Source: Ignavibacteria bacterium
GTDB lineage: Bacteria > Bacteroidota > Ignavibacteria > Ignavibacteriales > Ignavibacteriaceae
Length of the DNA: 64,000 nucleotides
Assembly: GCA_037440065.1 (NCBI GenBank)
Contig: JBBIUV010000015.1
Span: 644,774 to 708,773, forward strand
Direction of reading: 5' to 3'
Below are positions 50,620 to 60,389 of this stretch, piece by piece (the stretch's first letter is position 1; every line of letters begins with the position of its first letter). The notes under the pieces are model-generated. The model had not been told where the DNA came from. It saw only the letters and a list, made by a program, of their open reading frames with translations, and searched no databases. Both the position numbers and the translations under genes were made by a program.

Positions 50620-51266
50620 TACATCGATCCAATATTTAAAGTAATGTAAAATCCCCCAAATGATTTTTTCGGTTTCCCCTCGAGGCTTTCAATTCCTTGA
50701 TTAAAAAATTGAATAACATAATACCGGATGTTTATCCCCGCAAGATGTGTTTGATCCAATCCAAAATTTGCACCGAAACCGATATAACCACCAACGGTAT
50801 AATTTGCTTGCGCATATTTTAACGAATTAAAAAATTCCCTCTCGTACGGGGTTGTTAATACCATTGTTGGTCCAACAGCAAAATTTATATAAGGACGAAA
50901 GTTGTCGCCAAGATCATTTGCGAAGAGACGGTTTTGAAGTCCGGCGAAAAGCGGGATGAGAAAAATTCTATTTTTTTTACCTACGGTGTAAGATCTTCCC
51001 CAGTAATCAACGTACTCAAACTCGTTTTCATCTTTTGCGCCGGAAACCGATAAATCGGTAAAAAATGTCATCGTATTAGTTATATCATGCCTGTAAAAAC
51101 CACCTAAACCAAAACCGCCTTCTCCAAAAAGTAAATCCAACCCGTATGCATGATCAGGAAATTCAAGCGGTTCCCGGTCGGGAGCTATTTCTCCGATGCT
51201 TTGGGGAAGCAGAAAACTCAAAGGGAGAAACAGAATTGCTATAATAAAATATTTTTTCATACTCAT
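50616..51266 (-). CDS. Hypothetical secreted/outer-membrane beta-barrel-like protein
   Basis: Signal peptide (MKKYFIIAILFLPLSFLL), Gly/aromatic-rich alternating strands, ends ...NIGSMY. Confidence 0.4.
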   Translation of the reverse strand: MSMKKYFIIAILFLPLSFLLPQSIGEIAPDREPLEFPDHAYGLDLLFGEGGFGLGGFYRHDITNTMTFFTDLSVSGAKDENEFEYVDYWGRSYTVGKKNRIFLIPLFAGLQNRLFANDLGDNFRPYINFAVGPTMVLTTPYEREFFNSLKYAQANYTVGGYIGFGANFGLDQTHLAGINIRYYVIQFFNQGIESLEGKPKKSFGGFYITLNIGSMY

Positions 51267-51387
51267 CTAAATTTTTGTTTTAAAATTACTTAGTTTATAA
51301 CAAAAATCAATTCAATTTTTTGTAAAGTGATGTAAACCACGGAAAAACAAATCCATCAGTTTAACAGTAAAAGAGGAAACCGAAAAG

Positions 51388-51897
51388 ATGCCGGTTAATT
51401 TGGAAATAAAAGTAAAAGTAAAAAACTTCGACTCTATCCTGAAGAGTTTGAAAAAACTAAAAGCAAAGAAGTCGGGGGTGCTTCACCAGAAAGATGTTTA
51501 TTTCTCATCCCCAAAGGGATTGCTGAAATTGCGAAAAGAAGGAAAAAGTCAGCAATTGATTCGTTATCAACGAAATGAAGAGGGTAAAAACCGATGGTCA
51601 AACTTTGAAATTCTGGAACTGCATCAAGTTCACGCCGAAAGTTTTTTGAGAAATTTGTGGGATTGTGAAGTAGTAGTTGAAAAAGAAAGGCTTCTTTTTT
51701 TATATGATGAAACGCGCATTCACTTAGATAAAGTGAAGAAGCTCGGGAATTTTATAGAATTGGAAACCAAAGTAATTTCGTCAAAAAAGGATGCGCAGCA
51801 ACGATTCAAATTCTTGCTAAATGCCTTGCAGATTGATCCGAAAGAGCAATTGCGATTGTCGTATCACGATCTTCTTCTCCAGATTGGTAAAAAATGA
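51388..51897 (+). CDS. CYTH-domain protein (class IV adenylate cyclase / triphosphate tunnel metalloenzyme-like)
   Basis: N-terminal NLEIKVKV (ExExK) and C-terminal ELETKV motifs. 169 aa. Confidence 0.65.
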   Translation: MPVNLEIKVKVKNFDSILKSLKKLKAKKSGVLHQKDVYFSSPKGLLKLRKEGKSQQLIRYQRNEEGKNRWSNFEILELHQVHAESFLRNLWDCEVVVEKERLLFLYDETRIHLDKVKKLGNFIELETKVISSKKDAQQRFKFLLNALQIDPKEQLRLSYHDLLLQIGKK

Positions 51898-54800
51898 TTT
51901 TAACGAACAAGCAAACTTTTTCGGATGCACTTTCGCGATCGCTTGATGAAAAAATTCTTCAAGGGAAAGCTAATGAAATATTGCATTTGGTACCAACCAA
52001 CCGGAAAGTACGTTCGCTTAAGAAAGAAATAATTGATCGAACTCCAGGTCAAGCGGTTTCGATTTTGCCGATCGAAACTATTTTTACACTTGCGGAAAAA
52101 TTGTTCAGTGTTGATAAACCTCTGACACTGGCTTCTGAAGCCGCTTCGTCGGTTTTGTTGAAAAAAGCATTCCAGAAAAATAAACTTGAATATTTTAGAA
52201 GTTTTTCAAAATCAATTCCGCAAGGAAGTTTGGACCGCATTAGAAGCCTCTTCTCGGAATATAAACGAAGTGGAATCACCGCTGATTTTCTCTTAAAAGA
52301 TTTAGCCAATGTTAAAGGAATTGATAAACAAAAACTTTATGAATTAGCCACGGTTTATAAAAGCTATTCGGAACTTCTTCGTCAACTTGAACTTTTTGAA
52401 ATTGGTGATGTTATTCGCGAAGTGAATGAATTATCTCCGAGAGAAACCGCCAGGCGATTTGAGAAACTTTTTCCGTCGGTAAAAAATATTTATACATTCG
52501 GATACTCAGAGTTTACTAATCCGGAGATTGAATTTTTAAAAACACTTTCAGAATTACCGGGAATAAATTTCTACATCAATTTTGATTACGAGCGTAACAA
52601 CAGAGGTTTATTTGCTTTTGCCGGAGAGGTAAAAGATAAACTTGAAAGATCCGGATTTTATTCTTACTCGTTAAAGAAAAAGGTTAGCAAAAATAATTTT
52701 AATAATTACCTATCAAGTTGGTTATTCAATGATAAATTGGTTGAGAAGAAATCTCCCGACACCGGAGAGATTATTCTGCTTCCGTCGAAAGATAGGGAAG
52801 ATGAAATTGTTCAGATTGCAAAAGAAATCAAAACTCTTCTTACAAAAAAAAATGTTTCACCAAACGAGATTTGTGTAGCATTCCATTTGATTCAAAACTA
52901 TTCCGGCATTGTTCGCGATGTGTTTTTGCAATATGGAATTCCGTTTAATCTCACAGATAGATTTTCTCTCAATACATTTAATCCGGTAATCTCTGTAATC
53001 AATTTACTTGAAGTGATGACAACTGATTTTTACCACAAAGCGGTGTTCAGAGTTTTTAGTAGCGATTATTACAAACCCATAAATGCAAGCGTTAACGACA
53101 TTTACCAAGTCGCTTCAAAACTTCGGATCATTTCCGGATACGAAACATGGATAACACACATCGATCATTTTCTTCAATCAGAAGGCGAAGCAGATGATGA
53201 AATTCTTTCGGATAAAAAACTGCTTGCATCAGTTAAAAAAGAGATTGAAGCGCTTTATACACTCTTGAAAATATTTGATGAACCAATGACGCTGCGGGGA
53301 TTTACTGAAAAATTGTCTGCGATAATCCACCAACTTGATTTTCCTATAAAAGTTTTAAAGTTAAGCAAGGAAAAGGACGAGGAAAATATTAAGTCTCTCT
53401 CAACATTTATTGAAATGTTCACCGACTTATTTGAGCAGTTACGGTTGGAATTTGATGACCCGGAAGAGCGAAAATTCCCGTTAAAATATTTTCTTAATCA
53501 CCTGAAAACCGCAGTCGCTTCAACCCGGTTTAATGTAAAAGAGAGACCCGGTTATGGAGTGCTTGTATCAAACTTTGAAGAGATTCGCGGATTGAAATTT
53601 AATTATGTTTTTCTCGGTGGTTTGTGCGATGGAGATTTACCAACAAGATTTTCTCCGGAGATATTTTCTTACGAATCTTATTCTGATGCGGAAAACAAAC
53701 ATGTAACAAGAGAACGATATTTGTTCTATCAAACATTGCAGACGCACAAAATGAGTACATATCTTTCTTATCCAATGTGCGAAGGAACAAAAAAAGAACT
53801 TGCCCCTTCTTCGTTTCTTCTTGACCTGAAAAGAATTATAGAGATAAAGGAATCAGAAGAAAAGAGAAATGAACGGTACATCTACGCTTTTGCTGAACTT
53901 GGAAAAAAGGCAGCCAAGCTGCATAATACCGAGTTGTTGTTAGAAGCGGCGAACGAGACAGAAAAGAAAATATTGGCACAGAAATTCGCGGCTGATAAAA
54001 GCAGACGTGAAAAACCTTTTGAAATTAATGAACATAACGGGTTTATTATCCCGGGCAGTGAAGAAGTAAAAGCATTATTAGAAAAATATTCTTCTGATGA
54101 TTATTCCATTTCACAGCTTGAATTGTATGCAAAATGTCCGTTCCAATTTTTCTTAAAGAGAATTCTGAAACTTTCGCCACTTGAAGAACCGACCGAAGAG
54201 CTTGAACCGATGGAGATGGGCTTATTGCTGCATGCAATTTTTGAGCAATTCATGAAAACCGTTAAAGAAAAAAATCTTGATCTCCAACTTGAAAAAGAAA
54301 AAGCGCTGAAAATTCTCTTTGCAATAGCACATGAAAAGATTGATAAACTTAGCATTCATTCTTCTCTGTCGTTTTGGGAAATAGAAAAAATTCTTGGAGT
54401 GAACGGAAATCCAAACGATTCGCTCCTTACTTTGTTTCTTGAAAATGAGTTTTCCAGAACCGATAATTTTAAAGCAGTTTATTTTGAAATTCCTTTTGGA
54501 AGATTGCAAAGTGAAGATGGACGAAGACCAACCTCACTTACCCTCAATTTAAATTCAAATGCAAAACTCCGGGGAAAGATCGACCGCATTGATGTGAATT
54601 TTGACGGGAAACATTTTAAAGTTTACGATTATAAACTTTCGGGCAAAAAGCCGAGTGAGGAAGACTTGCAGCTTGGAATCTCTCTGCAAATTCCCCTTTA
54701 CTTATTTGCTGCGCAGCAGATTTTGCAAAACGAATTGGGAGAACAATTTCTTCCTGCGGCGGGAGTTATTTATTCCTTAAAATTCAACGCAGAAGATTTT

Positions 54801-55046
54801 GGACGCGACGAAGTGAAAGCAATAAAAGGGAAGTCATACGATAAAGCGAACGACGAAATGAGGGAACAAATTATTAAAGCGAATGAGGAATTGATTACCC
54901 ACTCGCTAAAGAAAATAGATGAACTGATAAATGAAATAAGTAGTGGAGTTTACCATATTTCCAAACTAGAAAAACGGGAAGAGAAAGTCTGCCGCATGTG
55001 TTCCTTTAAAAGTGTCTGCAGAATACAAGAAATTGAGGTTGGGTGA
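51894..55046 (+). CDS. AddB-like PD-(D/E)XK nuclease family protein with C-terminal Fe-S motif
   Basis: Degenerate helicase-like N-terminus. Nuclease motif GKIDRIDV...VYDYKLSGK. Cys cluster C...CRMCSFKSVC. 1050 aa. Confidence 0.7.
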   Translation: MILTNKQTFSDALSRSLDEKILQGKANEILHLVPTNRKVRSLKKEIIDRTPGQAVSILPIETIFTLAEKLFSVDKPLTLASEAASSVLLKKAFQKNKLEYFRSFSKSIPQGSLDRIRSLFSEYKRSGITADFLLKDLANVKGIDKQKLYELATVYKSYSELLRQLELFEIGDVIREVNELSPRETARRFEKLFPSVKNIYTFGYSEFTNPEIEFLKTLSELPGINFYINFDYERNNRGLFAFAGEVKDKLERSGFYSYSLKKKVSKNNFNNYLSSWLFNDKLVEKKSPDTGEIILLPSKDREDEIVQIAKEIKTLLTKKNVSPNEICVAFHLIQNYSGIVRDVFLQYGIPFNLTDRFSLNTFNPVISVINLLEVMTTDFYHKAVFRVFSSDYYKPINASVNDIYQVASKLRIISGYETWITHIDHFLQSEGEADDEILSDKKLLASVKKEIEALYTLLKIFDEPMTLRGFTEKLSAIIHQLDFPIKVLKLSKEKDEENIKSLSTFIEMFTDLFEQLRLEFDDPEERKFPLKYFLNHLKTAVASTRFNVKERPGYGVLVSNFEEIRGLKFNYVFLGGLCDGDLPTRFSPEIFSYESYSDAENKHVTRERYLFYQTLQTHKMSTYLSYPMCEGTKKELAPSSFLLDLKRIIEIKESEEKRNERYIYAFAELGKKAAKLHNTELLLEAANETEKKILAQKFAADKSRREKPFEINEHNGFIIPGSEEVKALLEKYSSDDYSISQLELYAKCPFQFFLKRILKLSPLEEPTEELEPMEMGLLLHAIFEQFMKTVKEKNLDLQLEKEKALKILFAIAHEKIDKLSIHSSLSFWEIEKILGVNGNPNDSLLTLFLENEFSRTDNFKAVYFEIPFGRLQSEDGRRPTSLTLNLNSNAKLRGKIDRIDVNFDGKHFKVYDYKLSGKKPSEEDLQLGISLQIPLYLFAAQQILQNELGEQFLPAAGVIYSLKFNAEDFGRDEVKAIKGKSYDKANDEMREQIIKANEELITHSLKKIDELINEISSGVYHISKLEKREEKVCRMCSFKSVCRIQEIEVG

Positions 55047-55117
55047 TAGCACAGTATCCCAAACCTCACTTTTAAACAAATAAATATTAAATTAGCACTA
55101 CAAAAAAATGAGATACT

Positions 55118-56095
55118 GTGAAAGTAATTGAACATCTACAACGTGCAAAAGATCCGTTAATCAGTTTTGAAATTATTCCGCCAAAACGGGGCGGAGATAT
55201 TAAAAGTCTTTTACAGGTAATTGATGATCTGGCAAAATATAATCCTCCGTTCATTGATATTACAAGTCACGGAGCCGAAATTGTTTATGAAGAAACAACA
55301 AATGGAATAAAGAAAAAAATTATTAGAAAGCGCCCGGGTACGCTTGGTATCTGCGCCTTGATACAGAATAAATATAATATCGATGCAGTGCCCCATATTC
55401 TTTGCAAAAATTTTACGCGCGAAGAAACAGAAGACTTTTTGATCGAACTGAATTACCTTGGTATCGAAAATGTTCTTGCAATCCGCGGCGATGACAGCGG
55501 ATTTGTAAAACCTGTTCCACACGGAAGAAGCGCAAATGATTACGCCGTTGACCTGGTCTCGCAAGTAAGCGCAATGAACAGTGGAAAGTATTTGGAAGAG
55601 AATCTGTTAGATGCCAAAGCTACCGATTTCTGTATCGGAGTTAGCGGTTATCCGGAAAAACATTTTGAGTCGCCAAACTTAAAACTCGACATTAAATATG
55701 CGAAGCAGAAAATAGATGCCGGCGCACACTATATTGTTACTCAAATGTTTTACGATAATAAAGTCTATTTTGATTATGTACATGGATGTAAAGAAGATGG
55801 TATTGAAGCGCCGATAATTCCCGGTTTGAAAATTCTTTCGGTTAAATCTCATTTAACAAATATTCCGAGAAACTTTTACATCAATATTCCAAATGAACTG
55901 GCTGAAGAAGTAATGGCGGCTAAACCTGAACATGTTTTGGAAATCGGTGTGAATTGGGCGGCAAAACAAGCGGAAGAATTGTTTAACCGGAACGTGCCGG
56001 GTATTCATTTTTATATTATGCAGAACTCAAAACCGATCAATCTCTTGATGAAAAAATTAAATCTTCAGTTTAAAAAATTGGTTGTAAAAAAATAA
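55118..56095 (+). CDS. metF: Methylenetetrahydrofolate reductase
   Basis: ISFEIIPPKRGGD start and TIM-barrel MTHFR layout. Confidence 0.85.
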   Translation: MKVIEHLQRAKDPLISFEIIPPKRGGDIKSLLQVIDDLAKYNPPFIDITSHGAEIVYEETTNGIKKKIIRKRPGTLGICALIQNKYNIDAVPHILCKNFTREETEDFLIELNYLGIENVLAIRGDDSGFVKPVPHGRSANDYAVDLVSQVSAMNSGKYLEENLLDAKATDFCIGVSGYPEKHFESPNLKLDIKYAKQKIDAGAHYIVTQMFYDNKVYFDYVHGCKEDGIEAPIIPGLKILSVKSHLTNIPRNFYINIPNELAEEVMAAKPEHVLEIGVNWAAKQAEELFNRNVPGIHFYIMQNSKPINLLMKKLNLQFKKLVVKK

Positions 56096-56096
56096 T

Positions 56097-57101
56097 ATGC
56101 TTGGAATAACTAAACGAATTTCGAAAAAATTAAAATGGGGAATTGTCGGTTGTGGGAAATTCACCGAGACGGCGATCCTTCCAACTTTTAATTTGATCCC
56201 CAAATCAAAGATCAATGCGATCTTTAGTAATGATGCAAAACGGGCGAAAGCATTAGCCGAGAAATTTCTTATCCCGAAGGCGTTTAATAATTTCGATGCA
56301 TTTCTACAATCTGATATCGAAGTAGTTTACATCGCAAGCGCTAACGCGAATCATTTTGAACAGGTGATCAAAGCAGCGAAAGCAAAAAAACACATTCTCT
56401 GCGAAAAACCGATGTCGGTTACTACTGCGCAAGCTGAAGAAATGGTTCGTGTCTGCAAAGAAAACGGAGTGTTGTTTGCCGTTGATTTTGTATACCGCTT
56501 TCATCCTTTGGTAGAAAAGACAAAAGCTATTATCGACTCTTCATTACTTGGTAAAATTCTTTATATCAACGCGGAGTTTAACATTAATTTGATTCCGCGC
56601 GATAACTTCCGCTACAATAAAGAGGCTGCTGGCGGTGGAGCAATTCGCGATTTAGGAACGCATTTACTTGATTTGATGCGATTTCTCTGTGGAGAGATTG
56701 AAGTGATCAGCGGTGTAAACAAAAGTCTCGAATATAAATCGGAAGTCGAAGATTTTGCTTCAGGAATAGTAAAATTTAAGCGAGGCGGATACGGACATTT
56801 TCAAGTAGCTTACTGTGCGCCAAAATCATTTAACAGAATTGAAATCATCGGTTCGAAGGGAGCTGTTAGTTTAGACGGATTAATCAGTGCTCGTTACGGT
56901 TCTTCAAAGTTGAGTATCCTTTTAGAAGGTGAAGGGAAAAAAGTTTTCAGGAAAAGAGCGAACAAGCTTTACCGTTTACTAAAATCGGTCACAAAATCTT
57001 TTTTGAAAAATGAAATTCCGCTTGTTACCGGTGAAGATGGTTTAGTAAATATGAGATTGATGGAAGAGTTTGAAAATAGATGCAGCAGCGCGAAGAGTTA
57101 A
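56097..57101 (+). CDS. Gfo/Idh/MocA-family oxidoreductase
   Basis: N-terminal Rossmann LKWGIVGCGKF...AIL; EKP motif (CEKPMS). Confidence 0.8.
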   Translation: MLGITKRISKKLKWGIVGCGKFTETAILPTFNLIPKSKINAIFSNDAKRAKALAEKFLIPKAFNNFDAFLQSDIEVVYIASANANHFEQVIKAAKAKKHILCEKPMSVTTAQAEEMVRVCKENGVLFAVDFVYRFHPLVEKTKAIIDSSLLGKILYINAEFNINLIPRDNFRYNKEAAGGGAIRDLGTHLLDLMRFLCGEIEVISGVNKSLEYKSEVEDFASGIVKFKRGGYGHFQVAYCAPKSFNRIEIIGSKGAVSLDGLISARYGSSKLSILLEGEGKKVFRKRANKLYRLLKSVTKSFLKNEIPLVTGEDGLVNMRLMEEFENRCSSAKS

Positions 57102-57736
57102 TCGCATATTGCCATAAGGTTTATGAAAAGAATTTTGTTTCTGCATACGATGGTAATTTATCTGTAAGAACCTCAAATGGAACAGTTCTTATCACCCGAT
57201 CGGCGGTTTGCAAAGGGGAAGTAACTGCAGCTGATATTTTAGAAATAAATATGAGCGGTGAGATAGTTAACGGTTCAGGTAAAATATCAACAGAAAACAA
57301 ACTCCACCTATTTCTTTACCAAAATAGAAATGATGTAAAAGCAATTATTCATGCGCATCCGGTATATGCAACTGCTTTTGCCTCGGCAAGAGAATCTTTG
57401 GATCGTGCTGTATTCCCGGAAGTTATTTTAACGTTGGGACGAATTCCCCTATGTAAATATGCAACTCCATCAACCGACGAGTTGCCGGAAAGTTTGAAGA
57501 ATCACCTCGGTTATGCAAACGTGTTTTTGCTTGAAAATCATGGAGCAGTTTCGGTCGGTGTGAATATTAAACAATCTTATTACAGAATGGAAAAATTGGA
57601 ACATACCGCAAAAACAATGTTTATTGCTAATAAACTTGGAGGTGTAAAAGAACTTCCGAAGTATAAATTAGATGTCCTTTATTCTGTAGCAGAGAAAAGC
57701 TATGGAATAAAACTGGATGAAAAGAACAAATATTAA
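57080..57736 (+). CDS. Class II aldolase/adducin-family protein
   Basis: AIIHAHPVYATAF and the His-based metal-site pattern of FucA/AraD-like enzymes. Confidence 0.75.
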   Translation: MQQREELIAYCHKVYEKNFVSAYDGNLSVRTSNGTVLITRSAVCKGEVTAADILEINMSGEIVNGSGKISTENKLHLFLYQNRNDVKAIIHAHPVYATAFASARESLDRAVFPEVILTLGRIPLCKYATPSTDELPESLKNHLGYANVFLLENHGAVSVGVNIKQSYYRMEKLEHTAKTMFIANKLGGVKELPKYKLDVLYSVAEKSYGIKLDEKNKY

Positions 57737-57774
57737 AATCAAATATTTAGTGAACAGAATTACAATTTAAAATA

Positions 57775-58776
57775 ATGGAAAAAAAGAAATTACATGTGGC
57801 GCTGTTAGTTGGCGGCGCCTCAGCCGAAAGAGAAGTTTCAAAACATTCAAGCCAAGCTATTTACGCCGCTCTTATAGAACTTGGATACTTAGTAAAATTA
57901 ATCGATCCGGGTTACGGAGTTCATCAACCGGAAAAGCCGGAAGATTTTTTCGGCGATAAAAATTTGTTTCCGGTGGCTTCACGGAATTATCTTGACGCAG
58001 TGAATTCATCTTTATTTGACAACGTTGATGTAGCTTTTCTCGGTTTACACGGACAATGGGGAGAAGACGGAATTATTCAATCATTGCTTGAATTACGAAA
58101 TATCAAATATACAGGTTCGGATATTTTGGCAAGCTCCCTAACGATGGATAAAATGATGTCCAAAATTGTTATGCGGGATCATAATATTCCTGTTCCTAAC
58201 GGATTTGTGGTCGATAAAAAATATCACTTAGATTCAGTTCTTCAAAAGATAAAAAGTGAATTTACATTCCCGCTAATCATTAAACCAAACGACCAAGGTT
58301 CAACATTCGGGTTGACGATTTGCGAAAAAGCAGATGATGTTAAAGGTGCAATAACGCTCTCATTTCAATATTCAAATAAAACATTAATCGAAGAGTTTAT
58401 TCCGGGAAGAGAATTAACCGTTGGAGTTTTGGCGGACAATGTTCTTCCTGTGCTTGAGATCCGCCCTAAGCATAATTTATATGATTACGAATGCAAGTAC
58501 ACAAATGGAATGAGTGAGTACATTGTTCCAGCCGAAATACCTGAGGAGATTGCGATACAAATACAGGAACAAACTGAGCGAGCGTTCGTTTCATTGGGAT
58601 GCAGGGGTTATGCCCGCGCAGATTTCCGTTTGAATGACGCGGGTGAGTTTTATTGTTTAGAAATAAATTCCTTACCTGGAATGACAGCCACAAGTTTATT
58701 GCCGAAGGCCGCAAAAGCTGTCGGAATTTCCTTTCCGCAATTAGTTGAAAAAATTGTAAACCTTGCACTTGCATGA
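57775..58776 (+). CDS. ddl: D-alanine--D-alanine ligase
   Basis: Canonical N-terminus LLVGGASAEREVS and C-terminal LEINSLPGMT. Followed by a cell-division gene. Confidence 0.85.
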   Translation: MEKKKLHVALLVGGASAEREVSKHSSQAIYAALIELGYLVKLIDPGYGVHQPEKPEDFFGDKNLFPVASRNYLDAVNSSLFDNVDVAFLGLHGQWGEDGIIQSLLELRNIKYTGSDILASSLTMDKMMSKIVMRDHNIPVPNGFVVDKKYHLDSVLQKIKSEFTFPLIIKPNDQGSTFGLTICEKADDVKGAITLSFQYSNKTLIEEFIPGRELTVGVLADNVLPVLEIRPKHNLYDYECKYTNGMSEYIVPAEIPEEIAIQIQEQTERAFVSLGCRGYARADFRLNDAGEFYCLEINSLPGMTATSLLPKAAKAVGISFPQLVEKIVNLALA

Positions 58777-59069
58777 AGCTAAACTTTTCAAAACAAAAAA
58801 TTCTTCTAATTCTATTCCTAACAGTAGCCCTCATCGGATTTACTTATCTCACTTTTAACGAGACCGGAATAATAAAATACGTTAAAGTGAAGAGTGAAGT
58901 TGATTCATTAAAAGCCGTTGTGAAAAAATTGGAAACAGAGAATAAAATTATTTCTGCTGAAAATGATTCGTTGCAAAAAAAAATTCCTGCGAAGATCGAA
59001 AGAGTTGCCCGTGAGAAATATTCGATGGGGAAGAAAAACGAGATTATAATCAAGATTGAAAAACAATAA
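58773..59069 (+). CDS. Septum-formation initiator family protein (FtsB/DivIC-like)
   Basis: Single N-terminal TM plus a leucine-zipper-like coiled coil (SLKAVVKKLETENKIISAENDSLQKK). Confidence 0.6.
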   Translation: MKLNFSKQKILLILFLTVALIGFTYLTFNETGIIKYVKVKSEVDSLKAVVKKLETENKIISAENDSLQKKIPAKIERVAREKYSMGKKNEIIIKIEKQ

Positions 59070-59087
59070 TTAAGCTCTGCCGTAAAA

Positions 59088-60386
59088 TTGAAGAAAGATA
59101 AATCCGATTTAAATATTCCCTTAGCTGAAAGAATGAGACCAGAAAGTATAAATTACTTTTTTGGTCAGGAACATCTTCTTGGAAGGGGAAAGCCAATCCG
59201 GCTGATGATTGAATCGGACACACTTTCTTCCTTTATTTTATGGGGTCCTCCCGGCACAGGAAAAACTACGATTGCAAAATTAATTGCGCTGAACACCAAA
59301 TCAGATTTCTTCCAAATTAATGCAGTCTCTTCGGGGGTAAAAGATATTAGAGAAATTATTTCTGCCGCTACAAAGAACCGGGAACATCACAAAAGAACAA
59401 TTTTATTTATTGATGAAATCCACCGCTTTAACAAAGCCCAGCAAGATGCTCTGCTTAGCGCTGTTGAATCAGGTCTGTTGACCCTGATCGGTGCGACAAC
59501 AGAAAATCCCTCGTTTGAAGTGATCTCAGCATTACGTTCAAGAATGAGAATCTTCACCTTAAAAGAATTAGAAAAAGAAGAACTAGAAAAAATTATTGAC
59601 TCAGCACTTTTGAAAGATGAAATACTTTCCAGTATTCCAATAAACAATATGGATAGAAATTTTCTTCTTTTTCTTTCCGGTGGCGATGCGCGTACCATGT
59701 TGAATATTCTTGAAGCGGCTGTTCTTCAGGAAAAAGAAAAAGAAAAAATCGAATTAACGAAAGAAGTTTTTGAAAATGTTATTCAGCAGAAAAATGTTTT
59801 GTACGACAAAGATGGTGAAGAACATTTTAACTTAATTTCTGCGTTTATCAAAAGTATTCGCGGAAGTGATCCCGACGCAGCATTGTATTGGATGGCGAGA
59901 ATGTTAGCCGGGGGTGAAGACCCACTATTTATTGCAAGAAGAATGATTGTGCTTGCTTCTGAAGATATAGGAAATGCTTCACCAAATGCGTTGCTTCTTG
60001 CGGAAGCATGTTTCTCCGCCGTTTCAAAAATCGGAATGCCTGAAGCAAGAATAATTCTTGCGCAGTGTGTAACCTATTTGGCCTCTTCCGTTAAAAGCAA
60101 TGCTTCTTACATGGCGATAGAAAAAGCTCTGCAAGATGTTGAGCAAAAACCTTTCTACAAAGTTCCACTCCATTTGCGGAACGCACCAACTGCGTTAATG
60201 AAGAAACTCGGCTATGGCAAAGAATATAAATATGCGCATGAGTTCAAAAATCATTTTGTGGAAGAAAATTATTTCCCTTTGGAGATGAAAGGAACTCAAT
60301 ATTATTCTCCGACTGATCTTGGACAAGAAAAGAATTTGAAGGACCGTTTAAAATTGTTGTGGAAGAAATTGAAAAATTATGATTGA
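59088..60386 (+). CDS. rarA: Replication-associated recombination protein A (MgsA/RarA AAA+ ATPase)
   Basis: Walker A WGPPGTGKTT, Walker B ILFIDEIHRF, C-terminal MgsA helical domains. Confidence 0.85.
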   Translation: MKKDKSDLNIPLAERMRPESINYFFGQEHLLGRGKPIRLMIESDTLSSFILWGPPGTGKTTIAKLIALNTKSDFFQINAVSSGVKDIREIISAATKNREHHKRTILFIDEIHRFNKAQQDALLSAVESGLLTLIGATTENPSFEVISALRSRMRIFTLKELEKEELEKIIDSALLKDEILSSIPINNMDRNFLLFLSGGDARTMLNILEAAVLQEKEKEKIELTKEVFENVIQQKNVLYDKDGEEHFNLISAFIKSIRGSDPDAALYWMARMLAGGEDPLFIARRMIVLASEDIGNASPNALLLAEACFSAVSKIGMPEARIILAQCVTYLASSVKSNASYMAIEKALQDVEQKPFYKVPLHLRNAPTALMKKLGYGKEYKYAHEFKNHFVEENYFPLEMKGTQYYSPTDLGQEKNLKDRLKLLWKKLKNYD

Positions 60387-60389
60387 CAT

